Virus record (IMG/VR): IMGVR_UViG_3300025648_000013
Length of the DNA: 64,000 nucleotides
Source: a virus
Reading direction: 5' to 3' (one strand)
Numbering within the stretch: position 1 is the first letter of the stretch; the number at the start of each line of letters is the position of its first letter. A program made the position numbers and the translations under genes. The notes below the pieces were generated by a model that was not told where the DNA came from, made no database searches, and was given only the letters and a program-made list of their open reading frames with translations. Of the stretch, positions 39,674-49,672 are shown in pieces.

Positions 39674-40188
39674 TGGCTATTCTACCTCTTGTAGATAAGA
39701 ACGATCTTATTCTCAAAACAGAACTTGAATATTTTGATTTCAGCAATCCACCTACTGATCCTATTCAGTTGGCTCGTGATCTAGCTGAGACTATGATTGA
39801 GAACAAAGGCTTGGGGCTTGCTGCGAATCAGGTCGGTCTGCCCTATCGTGCATTTGTCATCAATGGCGAACAGATTCTTGCATGTTTCAACCCAAAAATC
39901 GTTGACTCTTCCGCCGATCAAGTGTATATGTTAGAAGGCTGCTTAAGTCATCCTGGGCTATCTGTAAAGATCAAACGTCCAGCTGTGATCAAAGTTCGCT
40001 TTACTGTGCCTAATGGTGAGACTAGAACAGAAAAGTTTGAAGGGCTAACGGCTCGTGTATTTCAACATGAACTAGATCATCTAAACGGCATTGTCCATAT
40101 CAATCGTGCTAGTGTGATTCATAAAGAACAAGCTTTCAAGCAAATGAAAGCGTTCAACAGAATCAATAAGAAGCTAGCCATCGCATAA
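39673..40188 (+). CDS. def: Peptide deformylase
   Basis: 'GLGLAANQVG', 'EGCLS', 'QHELDHLNG'. Confidence 0.95.
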   Translation: MAILPLVDKNDLILKTELEYFDFSNPPTDPIQLARDLAETMIENKGLGLAANQVGLPYRAFVINGEQILACFNPKIVDSSADQVYMLEGCLSHPGLSVKIKRPAVIKVRFTVPNGETRTEKFEGLTARVFQHELDHLNGIVHINRASVIHKEQAFKQMKAFNRINKKLAIA

Positions 40189-40201
40189 TACGGAGTACAT
40201 T

Positions 40202-40552
40202 ATGGAAGACAATAAGTCTGTAGTTGATGAGTCTACTGAGTACGAAAGTCTGATTGACTCAAAAGATATCTCTTACGGTGTGTCTACTCTAGATGCATTC
40301 TTATCTGAAGATGAAACTTTGGAACAAGATGATGTGAAGTGGAAGAAGCATTGGGTAGGAATGCCTGAGTTTAAGCAAGAGACTAATCCACCATACAAGC
40401 AGATTTATGTAAGCTTCCGTAACAAGGAAGACTATGAAGAGTTTGCCAAGTTGATCGATCAGCATCTTACTATCAAAACAAAAAGTATCTGGCATCCAAA
40501 GCTAGATCGCGATGCAAACGCGCTTCGTCGATGGATTGAAACTGATGACTAA
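40202..40552 (+). CDS. Small partner protein of the glycosyltransferase
   Basis: 'WVGMPEF...VSFRNKEDY...KTKSIWHP'; overlaps the next gene. Confidence 0.55.
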   Translation: MEDNKSVVDESTEYESLIDSKDISYGVSTLDAFLSEDETLEQDDVKWKKHWVGMPEFKQETNPPYKQIYVSFRNKEDYEEFAKLIDQHLTIKTKSIWHPKLDRDANALRRWIETDD

Positions 40553-41459
40553 TCCAAAATATCCTGTTTATATCATTAGTAAAGGTCGGCATGAATCAAT
40601 GCTGACCTCTCGCTCATTGGCACGAATGAAAGTGCCACATTACATTGCGATTGAACCACAAGACGAAGCGCTATACGAACAAGCACTAGACAACTTTGGT
40701 ATTCGCGAATATGTAACTCTGCTTGTTGCACCTTTCAGTAATCATGGTGACGGACCAGGGCGTGCTAGAAACTGGTGCTGGGATCATTCTATCTCTATTG
40801 GTGCAACTAGCCACTGGGTAATGGATGACAACATTACAGACTTCTATCGCCTTCATGAAAACAGCCGCATTCGTGTTGAATCTGGTGTAATCTTCAAAGC
40901 TGCTGAAGACTTTGTTGATCGGTATGAAAATGTTCCTATCTCTGGTTTTCAATATCGTTTCTTTATTGCTCCTAATCAGAAGTATCCACCGTTTGTTACA
41001 AACACTCGTATCTACTCCACGTTGCTTATCCGAAATGATTGTAAGCATCGCTGGCGTGGTCGTTACAACGAAGATACTGATATCTGCCTTCGTGTATTGA
41101 AAGATGGTGATTGCACCATTCAGTTCAATGCCTTTCTTCAAGGCAAAGCTGCAACACAGACTGTCAAAGGTGGTAACACTGCTGAGTTTTATCATGCTGA
41201 AGGCACACAAGACAAGGCTCAATGGAGAGATGGCCAGCTTAATCCAGAGGGAACAATCAACAAGTCACAAATGCTCGTAGACATGCATCCAGACGTGGCC
41301 CGCATGGTATTTCGCTACGGTAGATGGCATCATTACGTTGACTATGGTCCATTCAAGAAGAATCAACTAAAACTTAAGTCAGATGTTGATCTAAAGTCTA
41401 TGCCTAAAGTCAACAACTATGGTATGAAACTAGTTCGTTTGAAGAAAGAAGATATATAA
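40545..41459 (+). CDS. GT-A fold glycosyltransferase, GREB1/TET-associated (TAGT)-like
   Basis: 'YPVYIISKGR', 'ARNWCWDH', 'HWVMDDNI', 'RYNEDTDICLR', 'KGGN'. Confidence 0.75.
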   Translation: MTNPKYPVYIISKGRHESMLTSRSLARMKVPHYIAIEPQDEALYEQALDNFGIREYVTLLVAPFSNHGDGPGRARNWCWDHSISIGATSHWVMDDNITDFYRLHENSRIRVESGVIFKAAEDFVDRYENVPISGFQYRFFIAPNQKYPPFVTNTRIYSTLLIRNDCKHRWRGRYNEDTDICLRVLKDGDCTIQFNAFLQGKAATQTVKGGNTAEFYHAEGTQDKAQWRDGQLNPEGTINKSQMLVDMHPDVARMVFRYGRWHHYVDYGPFKKNQLKLKSDVDLKSMPKVNNYGMKLVRLKKEDI

Positions 41460-41911
41460 TGCATAAGTGGACTCGGCGTCATTTGGATACGGCTAAGAAT
41501 ATCTCAACTTGGTCAAAAGATCAATCTAAACAGATTGGTGTTGTTGCTATTGGAAAAAACAACAATGTTCTAGCCACAGGCTATAATGGATTTCCAAGAG
41601 GCATCAAAGATGATCATCGTTTGAACGATCGTGAGACGAAGTATAAGTATGTCGTTCACGGAGAAATGAACTGCATCTATAATGCTTGCTTGAATGGCAT
41701 TTCTCTTGACGGAGCCAAACTATACGTGTATGGTTTACCTGTATGCTCTGAATGTTGCAAAGGTATCATTCAAGTTGGCATCAGAACTGTTATTGCAGAA
41801 GTTCCTAAGAATCTGCCTGAATACTGGAAAGAATCCACAAAACTCGCTAAAGACATTCTTGAAGAAGCGGGTGTGATTTATCTGCAATATGAAATGGAAG
41901 GTGAAGAATGA
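41459..41911 (+). CDS. dCMP deaminase
   Basis: 'TGYNGFPRG', 'HGEMN', 'PVCSEC'. Confidence 0.92.
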   Translation: MHKWTRRHLDTAKNISTWSKDQSKQIGVVAIGKNNNVLATGYNGFPRGIKDDHRLNDRETKYKYVVHGEMNCIYNACLNGISLDGAKLYVYGLPVCSECCKGIIQVGIRTVIAEVPKNLPEYWKESTKLAKDILEEAGVIYLQYEMEGEE

Positions 41912-42399
41912 GTGAAAGTGATGGATTAAATCCAGTTGGTCTTGGAATAGAAACTTGGGAGGACTTTGTAAGACGGCAGGTAGCAGACAGCCCGTATAAA
42001 CGCCCAATCGACACATATTTGGCAGATGAACTTAATCGTAAAGAAATGGAAAAACACCATAATCAATATACTGAAGAAACTAATGAAGAGTTTTTTCGTA
42101 GAATACAACCATCAAAAATCGATTATAAATACAATGAAGACAAAGCGCTTCAAGAAATCGCCGATTATATCGATAAGACATACGGTGAGCATTACTCCCA
42201 GAACAAGTATCAAGCTACAGAGTTCATCATTGATGGCGGTCACGGAACAGGTTTCTGTATCGGCAATGTGTTGAAGTATGCACAACGATACGGCAACAAA
42301 GGAGGATCACAAGATTGGCGTAAAGATTTGATGAAAGTGATCCATTACGCTATTATACAACTACATGTACATGATCTAGAATATGGAGAAAATCACTAG
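41908..42399 (+). CDS. DUF3310-like nucleotide-metabolism-associated protein
   Basis: 'HY...GFCIGNVLKYAQRYGNK...DLMKVIHY'. Confidence 0.7.
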   Translation: MSESDGLNPVGLGIETWEDFVRRQVADSPYKRPIDTYLADELNRKEMEKHHNQYTEETNEEFFRRIQPSKIDYKYNEDKALQEIADYIDKTYGEHYSQNKYQATEFIIDGGHGTGFCIGNVLKYAQRYGNKGGSQDWRKDLMKVIHYAIIQLHVHDLEYGENH

Positions 42400-42410
42400 T
42401 CTAGTCTTTA

Positions 42411-42485
42411 TATAAGTAATAGTGTAGGTCGCGGAGACTCCCCAGAATCCCACCTACTCTATTGCTAATATGGAGCAACAGCATG
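42411..42485. ncRNA. HEG-associated structured element, copy 4
   Basis: GTAGGT/ACCTAC, GGA/TCC and TTGCT/AGCAA stems. Confidence 0.7.
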
Positions 42486-43175
42486 ATTACATATACGCCC
42501 TATACATATCTAATAGGATGGTCTAAACAAGACAGATGGTACTATGGTGTTCGCTACGCCAGAGGATGTCATCCAAATGAACTTTGGATTAAATATTTTA
42601 CTTCTTCTAAGCATGTGAAGAAGTTTAGAATAGAACACGGCGAACCCGATGTTATTCAGATCAGAAAAATCTTCGATTCAAAAGAATCTGCTGGCATATG
42701 GGAACACCGTGTCATAAGAAGAATGAATATGGTGAAATCCAATAGATGGCTAAACAAATCTGACACTAAAATACATGACAGAACTGGATGTAATCATAGT
42801 GTTGAAACAAAAGAAAAACTGTCTATCAAAAGAAGACAGAGAGAATCTAGTGGAATGCTTGGACACAAGCACTCAGATGAAACTAAAAGACAATATAGTT
42901 TAGTTAGAAGTTCTGCTATGCGGAATAAAACTAAACAAGAACGTAATGATATGCTTAATGCGGCAAGATCAAAGGTTCAAGAGATGATTATTCCAGGCAA
43001 AGGATTACCTTGGCAGGATAAAGTGAATAAGAACCCAGATAAGATTCGAAAGTCTACTCTTTCAAATACTGGAAAGAAAAGGACTCCAGAACAAAAACAA
43101 AGAATGAGTGAAGCAAGAAAGCTTTATTTAATGAAAAGGAAAGAAATAATGACAACTGAAATGGAGAATAAATAA
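42483..43175 (+). CDS. GIY-YIG-like homing endonuclease
   Basis: 'PYTYLIGWS...WYYGVRYA...YFTSS'; NUMOD3 repeats. Confidence 0.82.
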   Translation: MITYTPYTYLIGWSKQDRWYYGVRYARGCHPNELWIKYFTSSKHVKKFRIEHGEPDVIQIRKIFDSKESAGIWEHRVIRRMNMVKSNRWLNKSDTKIHDRTGCNHSVETKEKLSIKRRQRESSGMLGHKHSDETKRQYSLVRSSAMRNKTKQERNDMLNAARSKVQEMIIPGKGLPWQDKVNKNPDKIRKSTLSNTGKKRTPEQKQRMSEARKLYLMKRKEIMTTEMENK

Positions 43176-44137
43176 TGGACGTCCGTGTACCTATTGAAGA
43201 ACTACGTAAGAGGAAGCTTTTTGTAAGTACTCCAATGTATGGTGGTGCATGTGCAGGCATGTTCTGTCGTTCGACTAATGATCTATCAGCACTAGCCGTA
43301 CATTATGGTGTTGAAGTCAAGTACTACTATCTGTTCAACGAATCACTTATCACTCGCGCTCGTAACTACTGCGTTGATGAGTTCCTTCGGTCAGACTGCA
43401 CACACTTGATGTTCATCGACTCAGATATCGGCTTCAACTCGAATGATGTTATGACTATGCTTGCTCTAATGAGTGACGAGTCAGAGTATGACATCCTTTG
43501 TGGTCCATATCCTAAGAAGTGTATCTCATGGGAAAAGATCAAGATGGCTGTTGATAAAGGCTTTGCAGATCAAGATCCAGGCATTCTAGAAAAGTTTGTT
43601 GGTGATTATGTTTTCAATCCTGCGAACGGCAAGAACGAAATCAAGATTGCTGAACCAGCCGAAGTTCTAGAATCTGGCACTGGCTTCATGATGATCAAGC
43701 GATCAGCGCTACAGAAGATGACAGAAGCATATCCACATCTAATGTATCGCCCAGACCACGTTCGTACCGCAGCGTTCGATGGCTCACGCGAAATCCCTTG
43801 CTTGTTTGATGCTCTCATTGATAACAAGCACGCCCGTATTGGCGAAGAAATCCGTGAGTACTATAAGAAGAATCCTAAGGCTACACAGGAACAAGTCATT
43901 GCGTTCGTTGATGATACTAAGCATTCTGCTTTCGGTCATGAATACTCAAATCGTTACTTGTCAGAAGATTATATGTTCTGTCAGTGGGCTCGTCATGCTG
44001 GTCTAAAGGTATGGCTTGCTCCTTGGATCCAACTACAGCATGTTGGTTCATACGTGTTTGGTGGTTCACTCGCTGATCTAGCAGCCGTTGGTGCTGCTGC
44101 TACTGCTGACCCATCAAAGTTGGGCAAAAAGTCTTGA
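43175..44137 (+). CDS. GT-A fold (GT2-like) glycosyltransferase
   Basis: 'TPMYGG', 'ESLITRARN', 'FIDSDIGF' DxD, 'GTGFMMI', 'SEDYMFC'. Confidence 0.8.
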   Translation: MDVRVPIEELRKRKLFVSTPMYGGACAGMFCRSTNDLSALAVHYGVEVKYYYLFNESLITRARNYCVDEFLRSDCTHLMFIDSDIGFNSNDVMTMLALMSDESEYDILCGPYPKKCISWEKIKMAVDKGFADQDPGILEKFVGDYVFNPANGKNEIKIAEPAEVLESGTGFMMIKRSALQKMTEAYPHLMYRPDHVRTAAFDGSREIPCLFDALIDNKHARIGEEIREYYKKNPKATQEQVIAFVDDTKHSAFGHEYSNRYLSEDYMFCQWARHAGLKVWLAPWIQLQHVGSYVFGGSLADLAAVGAAATADPSKLGKKS

Positions 44138-44212
44138 TTTAATCCCTGCTGTTTGTTATAACGGTGTTTCCAGAGTGATCTTTGGAAACACCACATTGAA
44201 AAGGATGATACT

Positions 44213-44869
44213 ATGAAGCTAAGTGAAAATACCCTTACTATCCTCAAGAACTTTTCGTCAATCAATCATGGTATTCTGTTTCGCTCGGGTAACATGATTC
44301 GCACTATCTCACCACAAAAGACTGTGATGGCGAGTGCAGAAGTTCAAGAGACGTTCGACCGCGACTTTGCAATCTATGATCTATCAAAGTTTCTCGGCGC
44401 CCTAATGCTGTTCGATCAGCCAGAAATCCACTTTGGCGAAACACAGGCTACTATTGCCTCAGATAAGCGTAAGCTAGTATACACCTACGCTGATCCATCA
44501 ACGTTTGTGACTTCGCCTGCAAAGGATCTAAACTTTCCTGCTGCTGAAATCAATCTCAACATCACACAGGAAGACCTTACTAAGGTTCAAAAGGCTGCTG
44601 GTGTTCTTGGTCTTCCAGAAACAATCATTTCTGGTGACGGCGAAAACATCTATCTATCGGCTGATGATAGCAGAAATCCAACCAACGACAAGTATAGCAT
44701 TATCGTAGGTACTACTGATCTTGTATTCAAGGCTATCTTTAAGAACGAAAACATCAAGCTTCTACCTAATGACTATGACGTTTCAATCTCTAAGGCAGGT
44801 ATCTCAAAGTTTACTGCTCCTAGCATCACATACTTCATTGCGACAGAGAAAGATTCGACCTTCAACTGA
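44213..44869 (+). CDS. gp45: Sliding clamp gp45
   Basis: 'MKLSENTLTILKNFSSIN', 'FAIYDLSKFL'. Confidence 0.95.
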   Translation: MKLSENTLTILKNFSSINHGILFRSGNMIRTISPQKTVMASAEVQETFDRDFAIYDLSKFLGALMLFDQPEIHFGETQATIASDKRKLVYTYADPSTFVTSPAKDLNFPAAEINLNITQEDLTKVQKAAGVLGLPETIISGDGENIYLSADDSRNPTNDKYSIIVGTTDLVFKAIFKNENIKLLPNDYDVSISKAGISKFTAPSITYFIATEKDSTFN

Positions 44870-44915
44870 CATTGATACTATGTTTTAACTGATGTTACAT
44901 TGAAAGGTTTATATT

Positions 44916-45854
44916 ATGCTGACTGATTATTTGTGGTGCGAAAAGTATCGCCCAAAGTCGATTGAAGATTGTATTCTTCCTGCTGATCTAAAGACAACAT
45001 TCCAACAGTTTGTTGATCAAAAGAACATTCCAAATCTACTGCTCACAGGTGGTCCTGGTGTAGGCAAGACCACCGTTGCTCGTGCGATGCTAGAGCAACT
45101 AGACTGTGATTATATCATCATCAATGGTTCATTGAATGCTGGTATTGATGTCCTGCGAAATGAAATCACTGGCTTTGCATCGTCTGTTTCGTTCAAGGGT
45201 GGTCGTAAATACGTCATCATTGACGAAGCAGACTATCTGTCCGCTGACAAAGTGCAGCCAGCGTTTCGTAACTTCATGGAAGAGTTTAGCCGTAACTGTG
45301 GTTTCATTCTGACATGTAACTTTAAGAATCGGCTTATCGCGCCTCTACATTCTCGGTGTTCTGTTGTCGAGTTCAACATCGCCAAGAAAGATAAGCCTGT
45401 TCTTGCGGTTCAGTTTATGAAACGTATCTCTGGCATTCTAGATGCAGAGGGTGTTACGTATGAAAAGCCTGTAATCGCTGAGTTGATCAATCGTCACTTC
45501 CCAGATTGGAGGAGAGTTCTAAATGAGCTTCAAAGGCATTCCGCGACAGGCAATATCGACAAGAGTATTCTTGGTGGTGATTCTAGTGGTAACTATGCTC
45601 CACTACTTGTCGCACTAAAAGAAAAGAACTTTAGCGCTGCTCGTAGATGGGTAGGTGAAAATCAGGACATTGATAGTTCGACTTTGTTTCGTGATCTGTA
45701 TGACAACATTTCGGATATCGTCAAAGACAATTCTGTTGGTCAGTTGATTCTACATCTAGCCGAGTTTCAGTATAAGGCAGCATTTGTCGCCGATCAGGAA
45801 ATCAACACCGCCGCGTTCGTACTATCGATCATGGCAGATTGCGATTTCAAATGA
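44916..45854 (+). CDS. gp44: Clamp loader large subunit gp44
   Basis: 'WCEKYRP', 'GPGVGKTT', 'IIDEAD', 'LHSRC'. Confidence 0.97.
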   Translation: MLTDYLWCEKYRPKSIEDCILPADLKTTFQQFVDQKNIPNLLLTGGPGVGKTTVARAMLEQLDCDYIIINGSLNAGIDVLRNEITGFASSVSFKGGRKYVIIDEADYLSADKVQPAFRNFMEEFSRNCGFILTCNFKNRLIAPLHSRCSVVEFNIAKKDKPVLAVQFMKRISGILDAEGVTYEKPVIAELINRHFPDWRRVLNELQRHSATGNIDKSILGGDSSGNYAPLLVALKEKNFSAARRWVGENQDIDSSTLFRDLYDNISDIVKDNSVGQLILHLAEFQYKAAFVADQEINTAAFVLSIMADCDFK

Positions 45855-46381
45855 CCAGTGTATTCGATGTAATGAATCTTGCCAGTGATGTTGTAGAAGT
45901 AGAAGAAGAGGACTTTAGAACTAAAACGATCTACAGCCCATTTGACTTCATTGACAGCATCAATACACATAAGAACCTATTCAACGGACCACACGATCCA
46001 GCGCAAGTGGAGAAAGAGTACAATCCTTGGATTGTCAATCGCGGGCTATCTTTGTTTCAAGATACCGCAACATTAGCAAACATTGTTAATCAATACTATC
46101 ACCTTGACAAGAAACTTCAATACGATTTTTTACTAAATACTGTTAGACCAAAGTTTCGGAAGTCGAAATGGCCTAAGAAAGAAAAGGATGCCGATTTAGA
46201 CATTATCAAAGAAGCATTCGGTTACTCAGATCGAAAGGCTGAAGTTGCTTTGTCTATATTGTCATCCGAACAGGTAAAAACGATAAAGAAAAGATTAAGT
46301 AAGGGTGGCACAAATGAAACTGACAGTAGAGGCTCTAGTAGAGGTAACCCTAAAAGAGCCAGACGATTTCTTAAAGATTAA
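45851..46381 (+). CDS. gp62: Clamp loader small subunit gp62
   Basis: 'YNPWIVNRGLS', 'LQYDFLLN'. Confidence 0.92.
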   Translation: MTSVFDVMNLASDVVEVEEEDFRTKTIYSPFDFIDSINTHKNLFNGPHDPAQVEKEYNPWIVNRGLSLFQDTATLANIVNQYYHLDKKLQYDFLLNTVRPKFRKSKWPKKEKDADLDIIKEAFGYSDRKAEVALSILSSEQVKTIKKRLSKGGTNETDSRGSSRGNPKRARRFLKD

Positions 46382-46709
46382 AGAAACGTTGACTCGTATT
46401 GGGATCGCTTCACGCAAGGACAAGATCCTGTATCAGTCCTGTCATATTCTGCATAAACAGAAGAAATACTATATTGTTCACTTTAAAGAGTTGTTCGCTC
46501 TTGATGGCAAACCAACTGATTTCTCGGATACAGATGAAGGTCGTAGAAACACAATCATCAATCTTTTGTCAGAGTGGGGTTTACTCACTATTGTTGAACC
46601 AAAGAAAACAGAAGAACCAATCACTCCACTAAATCAAATCAAGATTTTGTCATACAAAGAAAAGCATGATTGGAATATGGTTGCGAAATACAACATAGGA
46701 CGGTCCTAA
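46314..46709 (+). CDS. regA: Translational repressor RegA
   Basis: 'DDFLKIKETLTRIGIAS', 'LYQSCHILHK...YYIVHFKELFALDG'. Confidence 0.97.
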   Translation: MKLTVEALVEVTLKEPDDFLKIKETLTRIGIASRKDKILYQSCHILHKQKKYYIVHFKELFALDGKPTDFSDTDEGRRNTIINLLSEWGLLTIVEPKKTEEPITPLNQIKILSYKEKHDWNMVAKYNIGRS

Positions 46710-46722
46710 GGACGTAAATGAA

Positions 46723-47349
46723 CTATATGAATGTGGCTCCAAAGGACTTCAACTTATAGACTGAGATGCCCGTTGACCTGGACGCACTTTTCATACTGTA
46801 ATATCTAACTCCCGCATACAACACCTCCCTAGAGTTAGATAATCCTAGTTTAGACACTCTTTCTAGTTGACTAGAAGTAAAGGTTCTCTTGAGATTAGAT
46901 CGACCAGTGTGCCATTCTTTAGGAATATGATCATACTGGTCGATTCTTTTGTTCTCATTACCATTAGTGATCCATATCTTCTTACACATCGCCGTTGATC
47001 TTTTGTTGTTTGCGATGGGAGTATGTGATGCTGCTAACATATATCTGTCGTTTATTACGGATCTATTGTCTGTCTTGTTCAGCCATGTGTCTTTAGTAGA
47101 CACATTCATTCTACGCAAAACTTTATGTTCCCAATCTAATGCTTGGATGCGATCAGAAAATGTTCTTCTAATCAAAATCACATCGGGTTCACCATTTTCT
47201 TCACGAAACATCTTGACATACTTGGATGATGTGTAGTATGATGTCCATAGATCGTTCGGATGACAACCTTTCGCAAAGCGAACACCATAGTACCATTTGT
47301 TGAGTTTAGACCAACCAATGAGATATGTATAGGGCGTATAAGTAGTCAT
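46723..47349 (-). CDS. GIY-YIG-like homing endonuclease
   Basis: Paralog of 42483; 'PYTYLIGWS...WYYGVRFA'. Confidence 0.82.
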   Translation of the reverse strand: MTTYTPYTYLIGWSKLNKWYYGVRFAKGCHPNDLWTSYYTSSKYVKMFREENGEPDVILIRRTFSDRIQALDWEHKVLRRMNVSTKDTWLNKTDNRSVINDRYMLAASHTPIANNKRSTAMCKKIWITNGNENKRIDQYDHIPKEWHTGRSNLKRTFTSSQLERVSKLGLSNSREVLYAGVRYYSMKSASRSTGISVYKLKSFGATFI

Positions 47350-47420
47350 GCTGGAATCTCCCAAGTTTCTAGAGTAGATGGGTTTCTTGGTCGTCACCGC
47401 GATCTACATTAGTATTTATA
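47347..47420. ncRNA. HEG-associated structured element, copy 5
   Basis: Nearly identical to copy 1 except the loop. Confidence 0.7.
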
Positions 47421-47448
47421 TAAAGACAAACTTTCAGGATGATACATT

Positions 47449-47622
47449 ATGCAACCATGGGAACCAGTATGGACACCTACACCGAAGCTACCACCCTTCA
47501 TATGGGAGTGGGTTGTATTTGGTGATCCTAATGCAATCGTGTTAAAGTTTAGAGAAGAGAAATCCTGGTGGTTCAGAATGAAGACCAGGATTCTTCTCGG
47601 CAGTAAGTGGAAACGTTTATAA
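47449..47622 (+). CDS. Small Trp-rich hypothetical protein (57 aa)
   Basis: AGGA RBS; not in the track. Confidence 0.45.
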   Translation: MQPWEPVWTPTPKLPPFIWEWVVFGDPNAIVLKFREEKSWWFRMKTRILLGSKWKRL

Positions 47623-47628
47623 ATAACT

Positions 47629-47688
47629 CGTCTATGCCAAATGGGTAGACATTACATCAACTCTCGCTTAAATAGGAGAACTAATATG
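47629..47688 (+). promoter_or_regulatory. ROSE-like RNA thermometer leader
   Basis: 5' hairpin plus TCTCGCT-taaat-AGGAGA (UYGCU opposite the SD). Confidence 0.6.
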
Positions 47689-48231
47689 GCTAACACTTTT
47701 TACGGCTCAAGCTTTGCTTTTACCCCAGAAATAGATAAGTTTTTTGTTGGATTTGATCCTCTAGTACAGAAACTAGCATCAGCGGCAGAGCAGACAGCAA
47801 AGCTTTCTACGAACTATCCACCATACAACATCAAAAAGATTGATGGAAACAAGTATGTCATTGAAGTGGCAGTTGCGGGGTTCGCGCGCGAAGACATTGA
47901 CGTTGAACTCTCTGATGGTAAACTAACTATTAAGGGTAATGTCAAGTCGGGTGAACCTGCTGAAAAAGACTCAAAAGGCGAATGGACTTGGCCACTATTT
48001 CTACATCAAGGATTGGCAATGCGTCCATTTACGCGCCAGTTCACACTTGCTGATCATGTTGAAATCACTGGCGCAGAACTTCTAAATGGGATTCTTCGCG
48101 TTGGTTTGGAGTATGTCATTCCAGAACATAAGAAACCGAAGAAGATTGACATTCAAGACAAACATGATATCCATACAACAAAAAAATCTTCTTCTACCGC
48201 AGAATATCTGGCTGAAAGAGAAAGAAAATAA
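47686..48231 (+). CDS. Small heat-shock protein Hsp20 (IbpA-like)
   Basis: 'NYPPYNI', 'IEVAVAGF', 'FTRQFTLADHVEI', 'NGILRVGL', 'KPKKIDI'. Confidence 0.95.
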   Translation: MANTFYGSSFAFTPEIDKFFVGFDPLVQKLASAAEQTAKLSTNYPPYNIKKIDGNKYVIEVAVAGFAREDIDVELSDGKLTIKGNVKSGEPAEKDSKGEWTWPLFLHQGLAMRPFTRQFTLADHVEITGAELLNGILRVGLEYVIPEHKKPKKIDIQDKHDIHTTKKSSSTAEYLAERERK

Positions 48232-48436
48232 ATGCTAGAAAAATACATCGTCCCTGTATCAAGAGTTGCAGGGTTTACCATTGCAGGTCTATGTTTGATC
48301 ACTATGTATAATCTTCTTGCACTATAAGGAGATTGTCTATGTGGCCTTATACTGAGGACGAATGGGATTATCTAGGATAATCTATAAATAGAGAGGGGCA
48401 TATTGTCCCTCTCTTTTTGTTTCAAGGACTATAGCG

Positions 48437-48919
48437 ATGAGTTTCTACACAGATGTAATCCAAAAGAGCCCATTGTTTCATACAACAAACATGGTAAACT
48501 CTTTAGACTTGTTATTCCCAGCGTTCAAAGCCAAAGTCGAAGCACTTATGGCAGAATCTGCTGCTGCTGGTCAACCACTAAAAGTTCTAGAGACATATCG
48601 CTCAAATGAACGTCAGTTGCAGCTATTCAATCAACATGCAACCAAACTGAAGAATGTTGGTGTGCATCATTATGGGCTGGCTTGCGATATCGTAAAGCTG
48701 ATCAACGGTCAACCTTCGTTTGAGGGAGACTATACGTTTCTTTGCAGACTAGCAACAAAGCACGGTCTTATCTCTGGTGCAGATTGGGGCTCTCCTAAAG
48801 CAGTACATACATTCAAGGACATGGATCATGTCCAGTTTGTTTCTGTAAAAGATCAAAACAAACTCTTCAATGGTTCATGGTACCCAGATGCCAACTATGA
48901 TCCTTATCAAAATCTATAA
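48437..48919 (+). CDS. Peptidase M15-family endolysin
   Basis: 'ETYRSNERQ', 'HHYGLACD', 'WG...DMDHVQ'. Confidence 0.8.
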   Translation: MSFYTDVIQKSPLFHTTNMVNSLDLLFPAFKAKVEALMAESAAAGQPLKVLETYRSNERQLQLFNQHATKLKNVGVHHYGLACDIVKLINGQPSFEGDYTFLCRLATKHGLISGADWGSPKAVHTFKDMDHVQFVSVKDQNKLFNGSWYPDANYDPYQNL

Positions 48920-48922
48920 GGA

Positions 48923-49672
48923 ATGTCAATGCACAAGTTTGGTCACTTTCTAAGAGAAGATATCTCTCTTACGTTTCAGTATCATGATGAGTTGAATCCT
49001 CTTATCTGGGATGGTGATGAACTAAAGCAGAACATCAAAGAACGTCTTCTATTGATTGGTAGAATGTTTGCTGTGTTTGCCAATATTCCAGAAGATGCTA
49101 TCAAAGACATCGTGTTCACTGGTGGCAATGCAAACTATAACTATACACCACATTCCGATCTAGACGTTCATCTACTGATCAACATTCCAAAGATTCCAGG
49201 TATCAACCGCGTGTATCTTGATGATTATCTTTATGATAAGAAACTGTTATGGGGATACAAACATCCATCGCTGACTGTCATGGGATATCCTGTTGAACTA
49301 TATGCGCAGAGTTATAGAGAGAAGTTGGTGTCACCTAAAGCAAATCGTGGTGTCTACTCTCTAATGCAAGACAAGTGGCTGTTCAAGCCAAGAAAAGAGA
49401 AGCCAGGTGACTTTCACAATGACACAGGCTTTAAGAATAGACTTGAACATCTAATCAAACAGATCGAAGATGTTCTCACAAAGACTGGTGACCATAGCGA
49501 AGACATTAAGCGCCTCAAGATCAAGATCCGCAATATGAGAACTGCCGGCATCCATAAAGCAGGCGAGTTGTCAACAGAGAATCTTCTGTTCAAAGAACTT
49601 AGAAATAAAGGATTTATATCTAAACTAAACGACTATATACAACAAGCCGAAGATTCTAGTCTGTCTTTATAA
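48923..49672 (+). CDS. Pol-beta-superfamily nucleotidyltransferase-like protein
   Basis: 'TGGNANYNYTPHSDLDVH', 'VELYAQ'. Confidence 0.75.
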   Translation: MSMHKFGHFLREDISLTFQYHDELNPLIWDGDELKQNIKERLLLIGRMFAVFANIPEDAIKDIVFTGGNANYNYTPHSDLDVHLLINIPKIPGINRVYLDDYLYDKKLLWGYKHPSLTVMGYPVELYAQSYREKLVSPKANRGVYSLMQDKWLFKPRKEKPGDFHNDTGFKNRLEHLIKQIEDVLTKTGDHSEDIKRLKIKIRNMRTAGIHKAGELSTENLLFKELRNKGFISKLNDYIQQAEDSSLSL

